A stretch of 64,000 nucleotides of DNA from Alphaproteobacteria bacterium (GCA_965232515.1 CBDDPY010000002.1:1760001-1824000); one strand, 5' to 3'; positions 55,958 to 64,000 are shown, counted from the first letter of the stretch. Translations and numbers: made by a program. The notes: generated by a model from the sequence alone, not told the origin.

Positions 55958-56611
55958 TCAGCCCCCCTCGCCGAGCGCGTTCAGCATCTGCTGGGCGCGC
56001 GCGCGCACGCCGGGCGGCGCATCGGCCGCTTCCGTCAGCGCCTTGAAGCTCTCCACGGCGGCGGCCGTCCGGCCCTCGCGAACCGCCACGGTGGCAATCA
56101 GTTCCTGCGCCGAAAACCGCCAGGGATTGTCGTCCGTCAACAGCGCCTGCAGCCGTGCCTCCAGATCGGCGGCCGACGCAACGTTGGCAAGCTGCATTGC
56201 GGCCATCAATGCCGCCAGGTCGCGGTAGATCTGATCGGCGCCGCCGTCGGCGACGATGCCGTCATAGACCGCGACCGCGCCCTGGGAATCGCCGGTTTCG
56301 GCCCGCGCCGCCGCCTCCTGGAACCGGGCGATCAGGGCATAGCCGCTGCCGGCGTCGTCCGCCAGTGCCGAGAAAGCGGTGACGGCGTTGGCGTTGTCGC
56401 CACGCTGGACCAGCTCGATCGCCGCGGCAAATCGGGCCGACTCGGCGCTCCGCTGATCCGCCTGGTGATTACGCCAGAGAACCGATCCGGCGGTGCCCAG
56501 GACCAGCGCCACGCAGCCGGCAATGACCAGGGTGCCGTAGCGCTTCCACAGGTCCTGCAGCTTGTCCTTGCGAAGTTCTTCGTCGACTTCGCGGAAGATA
56601 TTGTCCGACAC
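55958..56611 (-). CDS. YfgM-like TPR membrane protein
   Basis: DNIFREVDEELRKD..LWKRYG followed by TM; PWRFSAQE; GTG start. Confidence 0.85.
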   Translation of the reverse strand: MSDNIFREVDEELRKDKLQDLWKRYGTLVIAGCVALVLGTAGSVLWRNHQADQRSAESARFAAAIELVQRGDNANAVTAFSALADDAGSGYALIARFQEAAARAETGDSQGAVAVYDGIVADGGADQIYRDLAALMAAMQLANVASAADLEARLQALLTDDNPWRFSAQELIATVAVREGRTAAAVESFKALTEAADAPPGVRARAQQMLNALGEGG

Positions 56612-56749
56612 GCGCGGTCCTCGGATGCTCTGAATGGCCGGCCAATGTACCGGCATGGGTTTTTAGCGGCAAACGCCGCCCGATAAAAGGCAATCTCGAC
56701 ATCGGATCGTCACATGGACAGCCGCTAACGGGACATCGTGTCAGACCTG

Positions 56750-57697
56750 TCAGCCGGCGCGATAAAGCTCTGTGCTGAGATACTTCATGCCGGAATCGCA
56801 CATAACAGTGACCACCGTGGCGCCGGCGCCGAGTCGCGCCGCGAGCTTTTGGGCGGCGATCAGGTTCCCGCCGGTCGAGGTTCCGGCGAACAGCGCCGCG
56901 GTTCGGGCGAGCGTCCGCGCCATCGCCATGGCATCGGCCGTCCTAACCGTGGCGATCTCGTCAACCGCGTCCGGCGCCCACAACGGCACGACGAACCCCG
57001 CGCCGACGCCTTCGATCCGATGCACGCCGCCTTTTTCGCCCGAAAGCACGGCGGATTCGCTCGGTTCCACCGCCACGACATGGACGTGTGGATTGTGCTC
57101 GCGCAGCCGTTCGGCCGTGCCGCGCAGCGATGCCGCCGTACCGACGCTCTGGACGAAGGCATCGACCTTGCCGCCGGTCTGCCGCCAGATCTCGTCGGCC
57201 ATCGTCCGGTAGGCGCTTAGTTGATCGGCGTTGTTCAACTGGTCCGTCCAGAAGCCGCCGGTGCGCTCTTGGATCTCGCGCGCCGCCGCGATCATCCCGC
57301 GGGTCAGCGCCGCGTCCATGCCGCCGCCATCGCTCGGCACCAGGGTCAGATCGGCCCCCAGCGCCTTCATATGATCGCGCTTCTCACGGCTGAAGGCATC
57401 CGAGGTCACGATGTGAAGCGGATACCCCTTGGCGCAGCAGATCAGGGCCAGCGACACGCCGGTGCTGCCGCCGGTGTATTCGACCACGCTACCGCCGGCC
57501 GCCAATCGGCCGTCCTGCTCGGCCGCCTCGATCATGGCCAGCGCCATGCGGTCCTTCATGCTGCCCGTCGGATTCTGGCTCTCGATCTTGAGCAGGATCC
57601 GCGCCTGGCCAGGACGGGCAAGCGCGCGCAGCTCGATCAGCGGCGTGCCGCCGATCCGGTCGAGAATTGATCCGTCAATGGATGTGTCGCGCGGCAT
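56750..57697 (-). CDS. PLP-dependent cysteine synthase family protein (atypical)
   Basis: IGGTPL, KIESQNPTGSMKDR, HRIEGVG, CDSGMKYLS; GGAGG RBS; substrate loop EYTGGSTG. Confidence 0.85.
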   Translation of the reverse strand: MPRDTSIDGSILDRIGGTPLIELRALARPGQARILLKIESQNPTGSMKDRMALAMIEAAEQDGRLAAGGSVVEYTGGSTGVSLALICCAKGYPLHIVTSDAFSREKRDHMKALGADLTLVPSDGGGMDAALTRGMIAAAREIQERTGGFWTDQLNNADQLSAYRTMADEIWRQTGGKVDAFVQSVGTAASLRGTAERLREHNPHVHVVAVEPSESAVLSGEKGGVHRIEGVGAGFVVPLWAPDAVDEIATVRTADAMAMARTLARTAALFAGTSTGGNLIAAQKLAARLGAGATVVTVMCDSGMKYLSTELYRAG

Positions 57698-57766
57698 GTC
57701 GTTGTCCTCCGGCGCGCACATTCCGTGATTTATTTTCGATCCGGAAGGCGTATAAACCGCACCATA

Positions 57767-58690
57767 ATGGATAGAAATTCATCCGCCGACTGGGACGACC
57801 TGCGGGTCTTCCTCGCCGTGCTGCGGGCTGGTTCGCTGCGTGGCGCCGCACGTCTGCTACGGCTGAACCACGCCACCGTGAACCGCCGATTGAAGGGGCT
57901 CGAAGCGGCCTTCGGGACCCGATTGTTCGACCGGACGCGGGCGGGCCTCGTGCCGACCCAGGCCGGCGAGGACCTGCTGGCGACGGCCGAGCGAGTGGAA
58001 GACGAACTGCTCAGGGCGCAGCGCGATATCGCCGGGCGCGACGGGCATCTCGATGGCCGGATCAAGGTCAGCCTGCCCTACGCGATCATGAAGGGCTTCT
58101 TGGCGGCCGATCTACACGCCTTTTCGAACCGCTATCCCGGTATCGCGCTCGATCTCGAGCTGACGGACCGGTTTTCCGACCTGGCCCAGTTGGAGGCGGA
58201 TGTGTCGATCCGCATGGCCCACGACGTCACCGGCGACGCCGTCGGCCGCCGGCTGGTGCAATACGCCAAGACGATCTACGCCGCGCCCGATGTCGCCGAA
58301 CGCCTCGATCCGTCATCCGACGGCGGCGACGCCAGCCCCGACTGGATCGGCTGGCCCGGTGCGGACGGCAGCAACGCCTGGTCCCGCGGCACCCCGTTTC
58401 CACGGCTGCACGTCCGCCACAACCTGCCCAGCCACGCGTTGCAGCTGGAGGCTGCGAAGGCCGGCATGGGCCTCGCGATGCTGCCCTGTTTCCTCGGCGA
58501 CCCCGAACCGGGCCTGGTCCGCCTCCCGGGCGCGGCGCCCGTCCCCGACCGCAGCATCTGGCTGCTCCTGCGCGCGGGCCTCCGCACCACGGTCCGCGTC
58601 CGCGCCTTCGCCGACTTCATCGCCGCCGCCATCCTCGATCGCCGCACGCTGTTGGCGGGCCGCGCCTACGCCCACTCGATGGCCTCATAA
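57767..58690 (+). CDS. LysR-type regulator divergent from the cysteine synthase-like gene
   Basis: WDDLRVFLAV.RAGSL.GAAR.L..NHATV.RR, LFDR, EADVSIR. Confidence 0.9.
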   Translation: MDRNSSADWDDLRVFLAVLRAGSLRGAARLLRLNHATVNRRLKGLEAAFGTRLFDRTRAGLVPTQAGEDLLATAERVEDELLRAQRDIAGRDGHLDGRIKVSLPYAIMKGFLAADLHAFSNRYPGIALDLELTDRFSDLAQLEADVSIRMAHDVTGDAVGRRLVQYAKTIYAAPDVAERLDPSSDGGDASPDWIGWPGADGSNAWSRGTPFPRLHVRHNLPSHALQLEAAKAGMGLAMLPCFLGDPEPGLVRLPGAAPVPDRSIWLLLRAGLRTTVRVRAFADFIAAAILDRRTLLAGRAYAHSMAS

Positions 58691-58731
58691 ACTTCTAGAG
58701 CGTTGATATTCAGAGAAAAAATCTCTTTTTC

Positions 58732-59481
58732 TCATTCCGTAGACCGCGCTTCATGCGATGTCGCCGATCCCTTGTTGAGGCAGAGGAGCAGTCGTGTGCG
58801 GCCAGTTCCCGCGATGGGCGGCGAGCGGTGCACGATTCCGCTGCCCGGACTGGCGCAGCTTCCCTTGAAGATCGCCACGTCGTGGGCGCGGAGATGCTCC
58901 ACCGGTCCGGTGTAGCGTTCCTGTTCGTGCAACGCCCGCGCGGCGTAATGCGGTTCGACCCACTGGGTGCCAGGGCCGCGGTATGTGGTCAGCAGGCGCG
59001 CCTCCACACAATCGCGGTGGAACTTCCAGCACGCGTTATTGCTGACGCGCTCCAGCCGAACATCAACGAGATCGCTTCGGGTGATACCAGCAAAAGCCGA
59101 AACGAGGTCATCGACGTCGCCGATCAGCAAGTCTCGCATGTCTCCCGGCGGCATCCCGCATTCGTCCAAATGGGATTCCACCGCCTGTCGAACGTCGCCG
59201 GATTGGACGGCAACACGAAGGTGAGGAAGATACGAGGCGTCCAAGCCTTCGAGCCAGGTCTTCAAAGACAAGGGGGGCACGCGCCGCCAGATCACGAGCT
59301 CCCGGTCGGGCCCTTTGATGTCCGCGAGCCCTTCCGCCGAGCCGCAGGTCACAATGCGTTCGGCCAGTCGAGCGGATGTTTTGGTGAATTCATGAGCCGG
59401 GGTTGCCAACGGGCGGGCCTCGAGACCTTCGTCGTGGGGCGTATCGAGCAAGCCCAAGGCATCTGGTCGAAGGATCGCCAT
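58732..59481 (-). CDS. DUF1826-like protein
   Basis: LVIWRR, CWKFHRDCV..RLLTTYRGPGTQW, DVAIFKG, GIVHRSPP, RLLL. Confidence 0.8.
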   Translation of the reverse strand: MAILRPDALGLLDTPHDEGLEARPLATPAHEFTKTSARLAERIVTCGSAEGLADIKGPDRELVIWRRVPPLSLKTWLEGLDASYLPHLRVAVQSGDVRQAVESHLDECGMPPGDMRDLLIGDVDDLVSAFAGITRSDLVDVRLERVSNNACWKFHRDCVEARLLTTYRGPGTQWVEPHYAARALHEQERYTGPVEHLRAHDVAIFKGSCASPGSGIVHRSPPIAGTGRTRLLLCLNKGSATSHEARSTE

Positions 59482-59482
59482 T

Positions 59483-60610
59483 TCAGAGCGACTCCCTGAT
59501 CATGGCCTCAAAGTCATCCTCCGTCGCCTTGCGCGGATTGGTCAGGGCGGACAGGTCCTTCTTCGCATAGGTGATCAGGTCGGGAATGTCTTCCTCCTGA
59601 ACGCCCATAGCGCTCAGGCCGGACGGCAGACCGATGTCGGCGTTCATGGCGGACACCGCGTCGGCAATGTCGGCACCGGGCGGTAATCCCATGGCCTGGC
59701 GGAGGCGATCATATTTCTCGCCACAGTCAGGTGCGTTGAACCGCAGCACTGCGGGCAGGAAGACCGCGTTCAGAGTGCCATGATGGAGATTCAAGCGCTC
59801 GATGCGTCCCGCAGCATGGCTTAGGGCGTGAACGGCACCCAGGCCTTGAATGAAGGACAGCGCCCCTTCCGTTGAGCACATCATCATCTGCCACCGGGCC
59901 TCGCGATCCTTGCCGTCACGCACCGCGGTTGGCAGGTGACGCCAACCCCGCCACAAACCGTCAAGCGCCACGCCATCGGCGGGGGGATTAACCGTCGGTG
60001 TCAAGAGTGCCTCGATGCAATGGGTGATCGCATCCATGCCCGTGGCCGCCGTCATTGTCGCAGGCAGGCCCAATGTCAGTTCCGGGTCGCAGATGGCTGC
60101 TTTCGGAACAAAGAGCGGGCTTGCAAAGGTCAGTTTGCGCCCATCGTCCATGATGATGACGAACCCGACGGAAACCTCACTGCCCGTTCCGGCCGTGGTC
60201 GGCACCGCAATCAGGGGCGCGACCGCCTTGACGAGCTTTGCGCCGCCAGCCAGGGGATCGAACTGAGCAAGCGGACCGCCACTGCCTGCGAGCAGCGCGA
60301 CAGCCTTGCCCAAATCCATTGAGGATCCGCCACCAATGGCGAGGACGCCATCACATCCGTCAGACGTATACTGGTCGAATGCCTTCAGGACGGCTGCTTC
60401 CGTTGGATTTCCGGGCGTACCGTCGAAGAGCGAGGTTGGTGTATCCGCCTCAAGCACGCTGGTGACGCTTTCGACAAGCCCCGCCGCCACAACACCAGCA
60501 TCCGTGGCGATGAACGGCTTCGAGATGCCCGCTTTGCGCAACTCGGCCGGAATCTGCTGCACGGCGCCATAATCGAAGTGGGTCGTCGTCAAATACGTCA
60601 GCGTTGCCAT
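59483..60610 (-). CDS. Iron-containing alcohol dehydrogenase (4-hydroxybutyrate dehydrogenase-like)
   Basis: GGGSSMD, PTTAGTGSE, metal ligands GMDAITHCIE / VHALSH / LHHG. Confidence 0.88.
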   Translation of the reverse strand: MATLTYLTTTHFDYGAVQQIPAELRKAGISKPFIATDAGVVAAGLVESVTSVLEADTPTSLFDGTPGNPTEAAVLKAFDQYTSDGCDGVLAIGGGSSMDLGKAVALLAGSGGPLAQFDPLAGGAKLVKAVAPLIAVPTTAGTGSEVSVGFVIIMDDGRKLTFASPLFVPKAAICDPELTLGLPATMTAATGMDAITHCIEALLTPTVNPPADGVALDGLWRGWRHLPTAVRDGKDREARWQMMMCSTEGALSFIQGLGAVHALSHAAGRIERLNLHHGTLNAVFLPAVLRFNAPDCGEKYDRLRQAMGLPPGADIADAVSAMNADIGLPSGLSAMGVQEEDIPDLITYAKKDLSALTNPRKATEDDFEAMIRESL

Positions 60611-60632
60611 GACGGTTCCGAAACTCCCCTGA

Positions 60633-60866
60633 CTAGTGAGAACGCGCGCGAGGATGTCTGAGCAGCGCGGCGACTTGCATGAGATGAGCGGCGGTCTGAG
60701 CGGGGTTTCCACAGCGCCCCGCCATCTCGATCAATTCCAGCGTCAGCGCATCGACGACGGCGTCGGACGGGAGCCAGGCCTCGCCCGCTTGTGTGATGGC
60801 TTCCTGCAGAAATCGCCGGGCCTTTTTTACGTCTTCCGCATGCACGGCTGCGATCGCATCGTTCAC
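60633..60866 (-). CDS. Small helical hypothetical protein (77 aa), paralog of 62122-62418
   Basis: GTG start overlaps COG0523 stop (GTGA), GGAG upstream; ungapped similarity to the upstream small ORF. Confidence 0.7.
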   Translation of the reverse strand: MNDAIAAVHAEDVKKARRFLQEAITQAGEAWLPSDAVVDALTLELIEMAGRCGNPAQTAAHLMQVAALLRHPRARSH

Positions 60867-62098
60867 TGTTCTGTCTCCGAGCTGCGCCGCCAAATTGGGA
60901 ACGGGTCCCTCAGCTTTCTCCAGGCAGCGGGCTGCATTGCCTTGGCGTTGGCGTCACCGACAAGGCAGGTGTCGAGACGACGACGGATCGCGGCCTCGTC
61001 CATGTCGGTGCCGATAAAGACGATTTCCTGGCGGCGATCTCCATAGATTGGATCCCAGACGTTGGCAATGTGCTGTCGCCATTCCGGATGGTCCGGCCAG
61101 TGGTCCTTCGGCACGCTGGACCACCAGAAGCCCATGGCTTCATGCCGCACCAGCGCGCCGGCCTGGCTCAATTCGCCAACCCACTCCGGGCGGGTGGCGA
61201 GCCAGAAGTGCCCCTTGGCACGAATGACGCCTGGCCAAGAGGCGTTGAGGAAGGCGTGGAACTTCTCGGGATGAAAGGGGCGGCGCGCCCGATACACAAA
61301 GCTGCGCACGCCATACTCTTCGGTCTCGGGCTTGTGCTCCGCGAAGCCGTACAGCTCCTTGAACCACAGCGGGTGTTCCTCGGCCTTGTCGTGGTCGAAC
61401 CGGCCGGTGTTCAGCACCTTATCCAGCGGCACACGCGACATGTTCGTCTCGATCAGGTCGGCGTCGGGATTGAGCGAGCGGATGATCTTGCGCGCGGCAT
61501 CGATCTCCTCGGGCGTGGCCGCGTCGATCTTGTTCAGAATGATAACGTCGGCGAACTCGATCTGATCGACGAGCAGGTTGACCAGCGTGCGGGTGTCCTC
61601 CTCGCCCAGCGACTCGCCCCGGTCCTTGAGGAAATCGGTCGAGGCGTAGTCGCGCAGAACGTTCGCGGCATCGACCACGGTCACCATCGTATCGAGGCGC
61701 GACACATCCTCGAGGCTTTCTCCTTCTTCCGTCCGGAAGTTGAAAGTGGCCGCCACGGGCAGCGGCTCGGAGATCCCGGTCGATTCGATCAGGAGGTAGT
61801 CGAACCGGCCATCCCCCGCGAGTCGTCGCACCTCCTGGAGAAGGTCGTCGCGCAACGTGCAGCAGATGCAGCCATTGGTCATTTCGACCAGGGTCTCTTC
61901 GGTGCGGCTCAGATCGGCGCCGCCGTCCCGAATGAGGTCGGCGTCTATGTTGACTTCGCTCATGTCGTTGACGATGACCGCGACGCGTTTGCCTTCGCGG
62001 TTGTTGAGGATGTGGTTCATCAACGTGGTCTTGCCGGCGCCGAGGAAGCCGGACAGGACGGTAACGGGAAGCTTGGCGTGCGGGAGAGTTTCACTCAT
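60863..62098 (-). CDS. zigA: COG0523 zinc metallochaperone GTPase (ZigA/YciC type)
   Basis: [56 protein letters not shown], Cob[28 protein letters not shown]. Confidence 0.92.
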   Translation of the reverse strand: MSETLPHAKLPVTVLSGFLGAGKTTLMNHILNNREGKRVAVIVNDMSEVNIDADLIRDGGADLSRTEETLVEMTNGCICCTLRDDLLQEVRRLAGDGRFDYLLIESTGISEPLPVAATFNFRTEEGESLEDVSRLDTMVTVVDAANVLRDYASTDFLKDRGESLGEEDTRTLVNLLVDQIEFADVIILNKIDAATPEEIDAARKIIRSLNPDADLIETNMSRVPLDKVLNTGRFDHDKAEEHPLWFKELYGFAEHKPETEEYGVRSFVYRARRPFHPEKFHAFLNASWPGVIRAKGHFWLATRPEWVGELSQAGALVRHEAMGFWWSSVPKDHWPDHPEWRQHIANVWDPIYGDRRQEIVFIGTDMDEAAIRRRLDTCLVGDANAKAMQPAAWRKLRDPFPIWRRSSETEQ

Positions 62099-62121
62099 GG
62101 ACGGAGACTTTCATGCTGGAA

Positions 62122-62418
62122 TCATCGTTTGCGGCCTTCCTGGATTGCCGAATGTGGCCTATCTGAGGTCGATATCTCGCCGGCAAGCTGGCCCAGCACG
62201 GAAGCCACGCCGTCCGCTCCGTAGGCTTCGACGAGACGCGGCATCAACTCTGTCATCAGCGCAGCGAGCACCGTATCTCTGGGGATGCCTGCTTCATCGC
62301 ACCGTGCGATCGCAGCGCGCACCTCAGTCAGGGCATCAGCCAAGCGTGGGGGCAATTGGACGTCGGAGATATCGTCGACGGGCTCAAGCAGGGAGTGTGC
62401 TGCCGTTCGATCTTGCAT
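62122..62418 (-). CDS. Small helical hypothetical protein (~98 aa), first gene of the Zur-box leftward operon
   Basis: GAGGTGG upstream of ATG 62418; 23 nt before zigA; similar to 60633-60866. Confidence 0.7.
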   Translation of the reverse strand: MQDRTAAHSLLEPVDDISDVQLPPRLADALTEVRAAIARCDEAGIPRDTVLAALMTELMPRLVEAYGADGVASVLGQLAGEISTSDRPHSAIQEGRKR

Positions 62419-62634
62419 ACGTCCATCCACCTCAAAGCTGCGTTGGGTTTGGCGCATCGCCATAGACGGCCTTCGGATGGAAGGATTTCTGTGACACCGC
62501 GAGCACGAGCCGAGCTGGTGAGAACGGACTCTGTCGGTCGCCTACCGACCATTGCTGTGTCCATGTCAAACCCTCACCTACGGCCACTCCCCCGGCGACC
62601 GAAGGACGTCGGTTTTTTGCAATCAGCAAATGCT

Positions 62635-62646
62635 ATGTTATAACAT
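62635..62646. promoter_or_regulatory. Zur box overlapping divergent promoters
   Basis: Perfect palindrome ATGTTATAACAT (proteobacterial Zur core); plus TTGCAA(62617)-N16-TATAAC and minus TTGTGT(62664)-N16-TATAAC both use it as the -10. Confidence 0.88.
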
Positions 62647-62679
62647 TACGGGGTTTAAACACAAGATAAGGACAAGGTC

Positions 62680-63177
62680 ATGGCGTTTCTGTCGAGCCAG
62701 CCCAGGCCTTGTACCGATCCCGATTGCCGCAGGCAGCATGCGCCGGCGGAACGGGTTGCGCTGGCAAAGTCCCTCTGCGGCGCGCAACTTACAAAACTGC
62801 GGCGCCAGATACTGGAACTGCTCTGGGAGAGCGGTCGCCCGATGGGCGCCTACGAACTGATCGAAGCGCTGAAGCTCAGGGACTCTCGCCCGGTCGGACC
62901 GCCCACCGTCTACCGGACGCTTGAGTTTCTGATATCCCAGAAGCTCGTCTCGAAGATCGAGAGCCGGAACGCTTACGTACCCCGCGCGCATCCGGAGCGC
63001 CGGCATGACTGCATTTTCTTCATCTGTAGCAACTGCGGGTCGTCGGTCGAGTTGGAGGACCTGCCGCTTGAGCGCCTGATCTCCAAGGATGCCGCCCTTA
63101 TCGGGTTCCGCCCAACACGGCGCGTGGTCGAAGTCGAGGGCACCTGCGCGAGTTGCATCTCGGCCGGTGCGTCCTGA
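62680..63177 (+). CDS. zur: Fur-family regulator, Zur-like
   Basis: LT.LRRQILELL, GAYELI..L, PPTVYRTLEFL, IES.NAY, FICSNCG..VE, EVEGTCASC. Confidence 0.82.
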   Translation: MAFLSSQPRPCTDPDCRRQHAPAERVALAKSLCGAQLTKLRRQILELLWESGRPMGAYELIEALKLRDSRPVGPPTVYRTLEFLISQKLVSKIESRNAYVPRAHPERRHDCIFFICSNCGSSVELEDLPLERLISKDAALIGFRPTRRVVEVEGTCASCISAGAS

Positions 63178-63197
63178 ACAGGAAAGAGGGGCATGCC

Positions 63198-63449
63198 ATG
63201 GAAAGCTGGGATCTCGATGGACCGGTTGCCAATCACGGTGTCCAGCACATCTTCCACCCAGCGGTCATGCTGAAGGAATGGCCGATTGAAGACATCAGCT
63301 CCCGGATCGTCTTCATCACGCGAGATATCGACGAATCCGCGCTCCGAGACACGCTGAAGATGTTCGGGACCAGCAAGGTCCGGCAGCCGAAAATCCTGCC
63401 CGTCGAGACGGGCGACAGCGACGTCGCCATGTTCGAGGTGCGGAGATGA
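63198..63449 (+). pseudogene. Stand-alone C-terminal (CobW_C) fragment of a second COG0523 protein
   Basis: HGVQHIFHP....WP.ED..SRIVFITRDID matches the CobW_C tail; GTPase domain absent; has RBS GAGGGG and ATG. Confidence 0.7.
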
Positions 63450-63643
63450 CGCTATGCCTGACCAATACGCTGACCAAGACGAAAGAGCTTTTCTCGCCGG
63501 CGGATGCCCAGCGGTCCATCTTAGACAGCTTTGGGTTTCTCGAAGATTGGGCCGAGCGCTACCAGTACCTGTCGCCATTCCCGGAGACGAAGCGGATCGA
63601 GGCCAACCGGCTGCATGGCTGTCAGGCCGGGGGAAGCGCATAA
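63446..63643 (+). pseudogene. Internally deleted / miniature SufE
   Basis: I.DSFGFLEDWAERYQYL and EANRLHGCQ match SufE; the IDLGR.L segment and the C-terminal half are missing. Confidence 0.7.
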
Positions 63644-64000
63644 TGGATCTCGACCTATACAACAAACAGATCCTGCGGCTTGCCGCGTCGATACCCCGAG
63701 TCGGCCGGCTGGCGGCTCCCGACGCGTCGGCAACCGCGCATAGCCGGCTTTGCGGCAGCCGGATCACCGTCGATCTCAAGCTCGATGGCGATGTCATCAC
63801 CGACTACGCCCACGAGCTCAAAGCCTGTGCCATCGGGCAAGCGGTCGCCTCCGTCATTGCCAAGGTTGTCGTTGGCCTGACCATCGATCAGGTGGACGAG
63901 GGCGAAGGAATTCTGCGTGCCATTCTCCGGGACAAGACGCTCCCGCCGCCGGGGCCCTGGGTCGAACTCGAGCCATTCCTACCGGTCGCGGACGTCAGCA
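63643..64000 (+). CDS. SufU/IscU (NifU_N)-like Fe-S scaffold protein, 3'-truncated by window edge (not in ORF track)
   Basis: MDLDLYNKQILRLAASIPRVGRL..PDASATAHSRLCGSRITVDL..KACAIGQA; TAATG overlap with mini-sufE. Confidence 0.85.
   Translation, partial: MDLDLYNKQILRLAASIPRVGRLAAPDASATAHSRLCGSRITVDLKLDGDVITDYAHELKACAIGQAVASVIAKVVVGLTIDQVDEGEGILRAILRDKTLPPPGPWVELEPFLPVADVS

Noticed and set aside
56612-56749. tRNA/att site at the core-accessory break
   Set aside because: No cloverleaf, T-loop or CCA motif; only a short TGTCAG direct repeat
62973-63800. 275-aa minus-strand ORF in the island
   Set aside because: Antisense to the zur/CobW_C/sufE/sufU frames, which carry recognisable motifs

Overview
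High-GC alphaproteobacterial chromosome (Rhodospirillales-like gene order). Positions 1-56.7 kb are mostly conserved core genes: nrdJ (5'-partial), aspS, rnd, ppk1-ppx, hdaA-AI-2E transporter-CDP-alcohol transferase-DUF2066, purMN, ndk, ABC-F, holC-pepA, lptFGD-surA-pdxA-rsmA, gmk-yicC, mltG-fabF-acpP-fabG-fabD, rpsF-rpsR-DUF2232-rplI, cfa, dnaB-alr-mlaEF-radA-cvpA-purF-SDR, der-bamB-yfgM. Several accessory insertions interrupt them: an N-acyl-amino-acid-synthase/cNMP fusion, a secreted ORFan, an adenylate cyclase, and a LysR with an atypical cysteine synthase. From about 58.7 kb there is a compositionally distinct zinc-starvation island centred on a perfect Zur box (62635-62646). Its leftward arm has a COG0523 (ZigA/YciC-type) GTPase bracketed by two mutually homologous unknown small proteins, then an Fe-type alcohol dehydrogenase and DUF1826. 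Its rightward arm has a Zur paralog missing regulatory Zn ligands, then translationally coupled miniature CobW-C and SufE ORFs and a SufU/IscU-like gene. Other signals: purM has no canonical start codon (probable ATC start), there is a DnaA-box cluster before dnaB, and there are AT-rich intragenic promoter-like patches. No tRNA, rRNA, CRISPR array, integrase or transposase was seen. All assignments are by eye from motifs and synteny; no searches were run.
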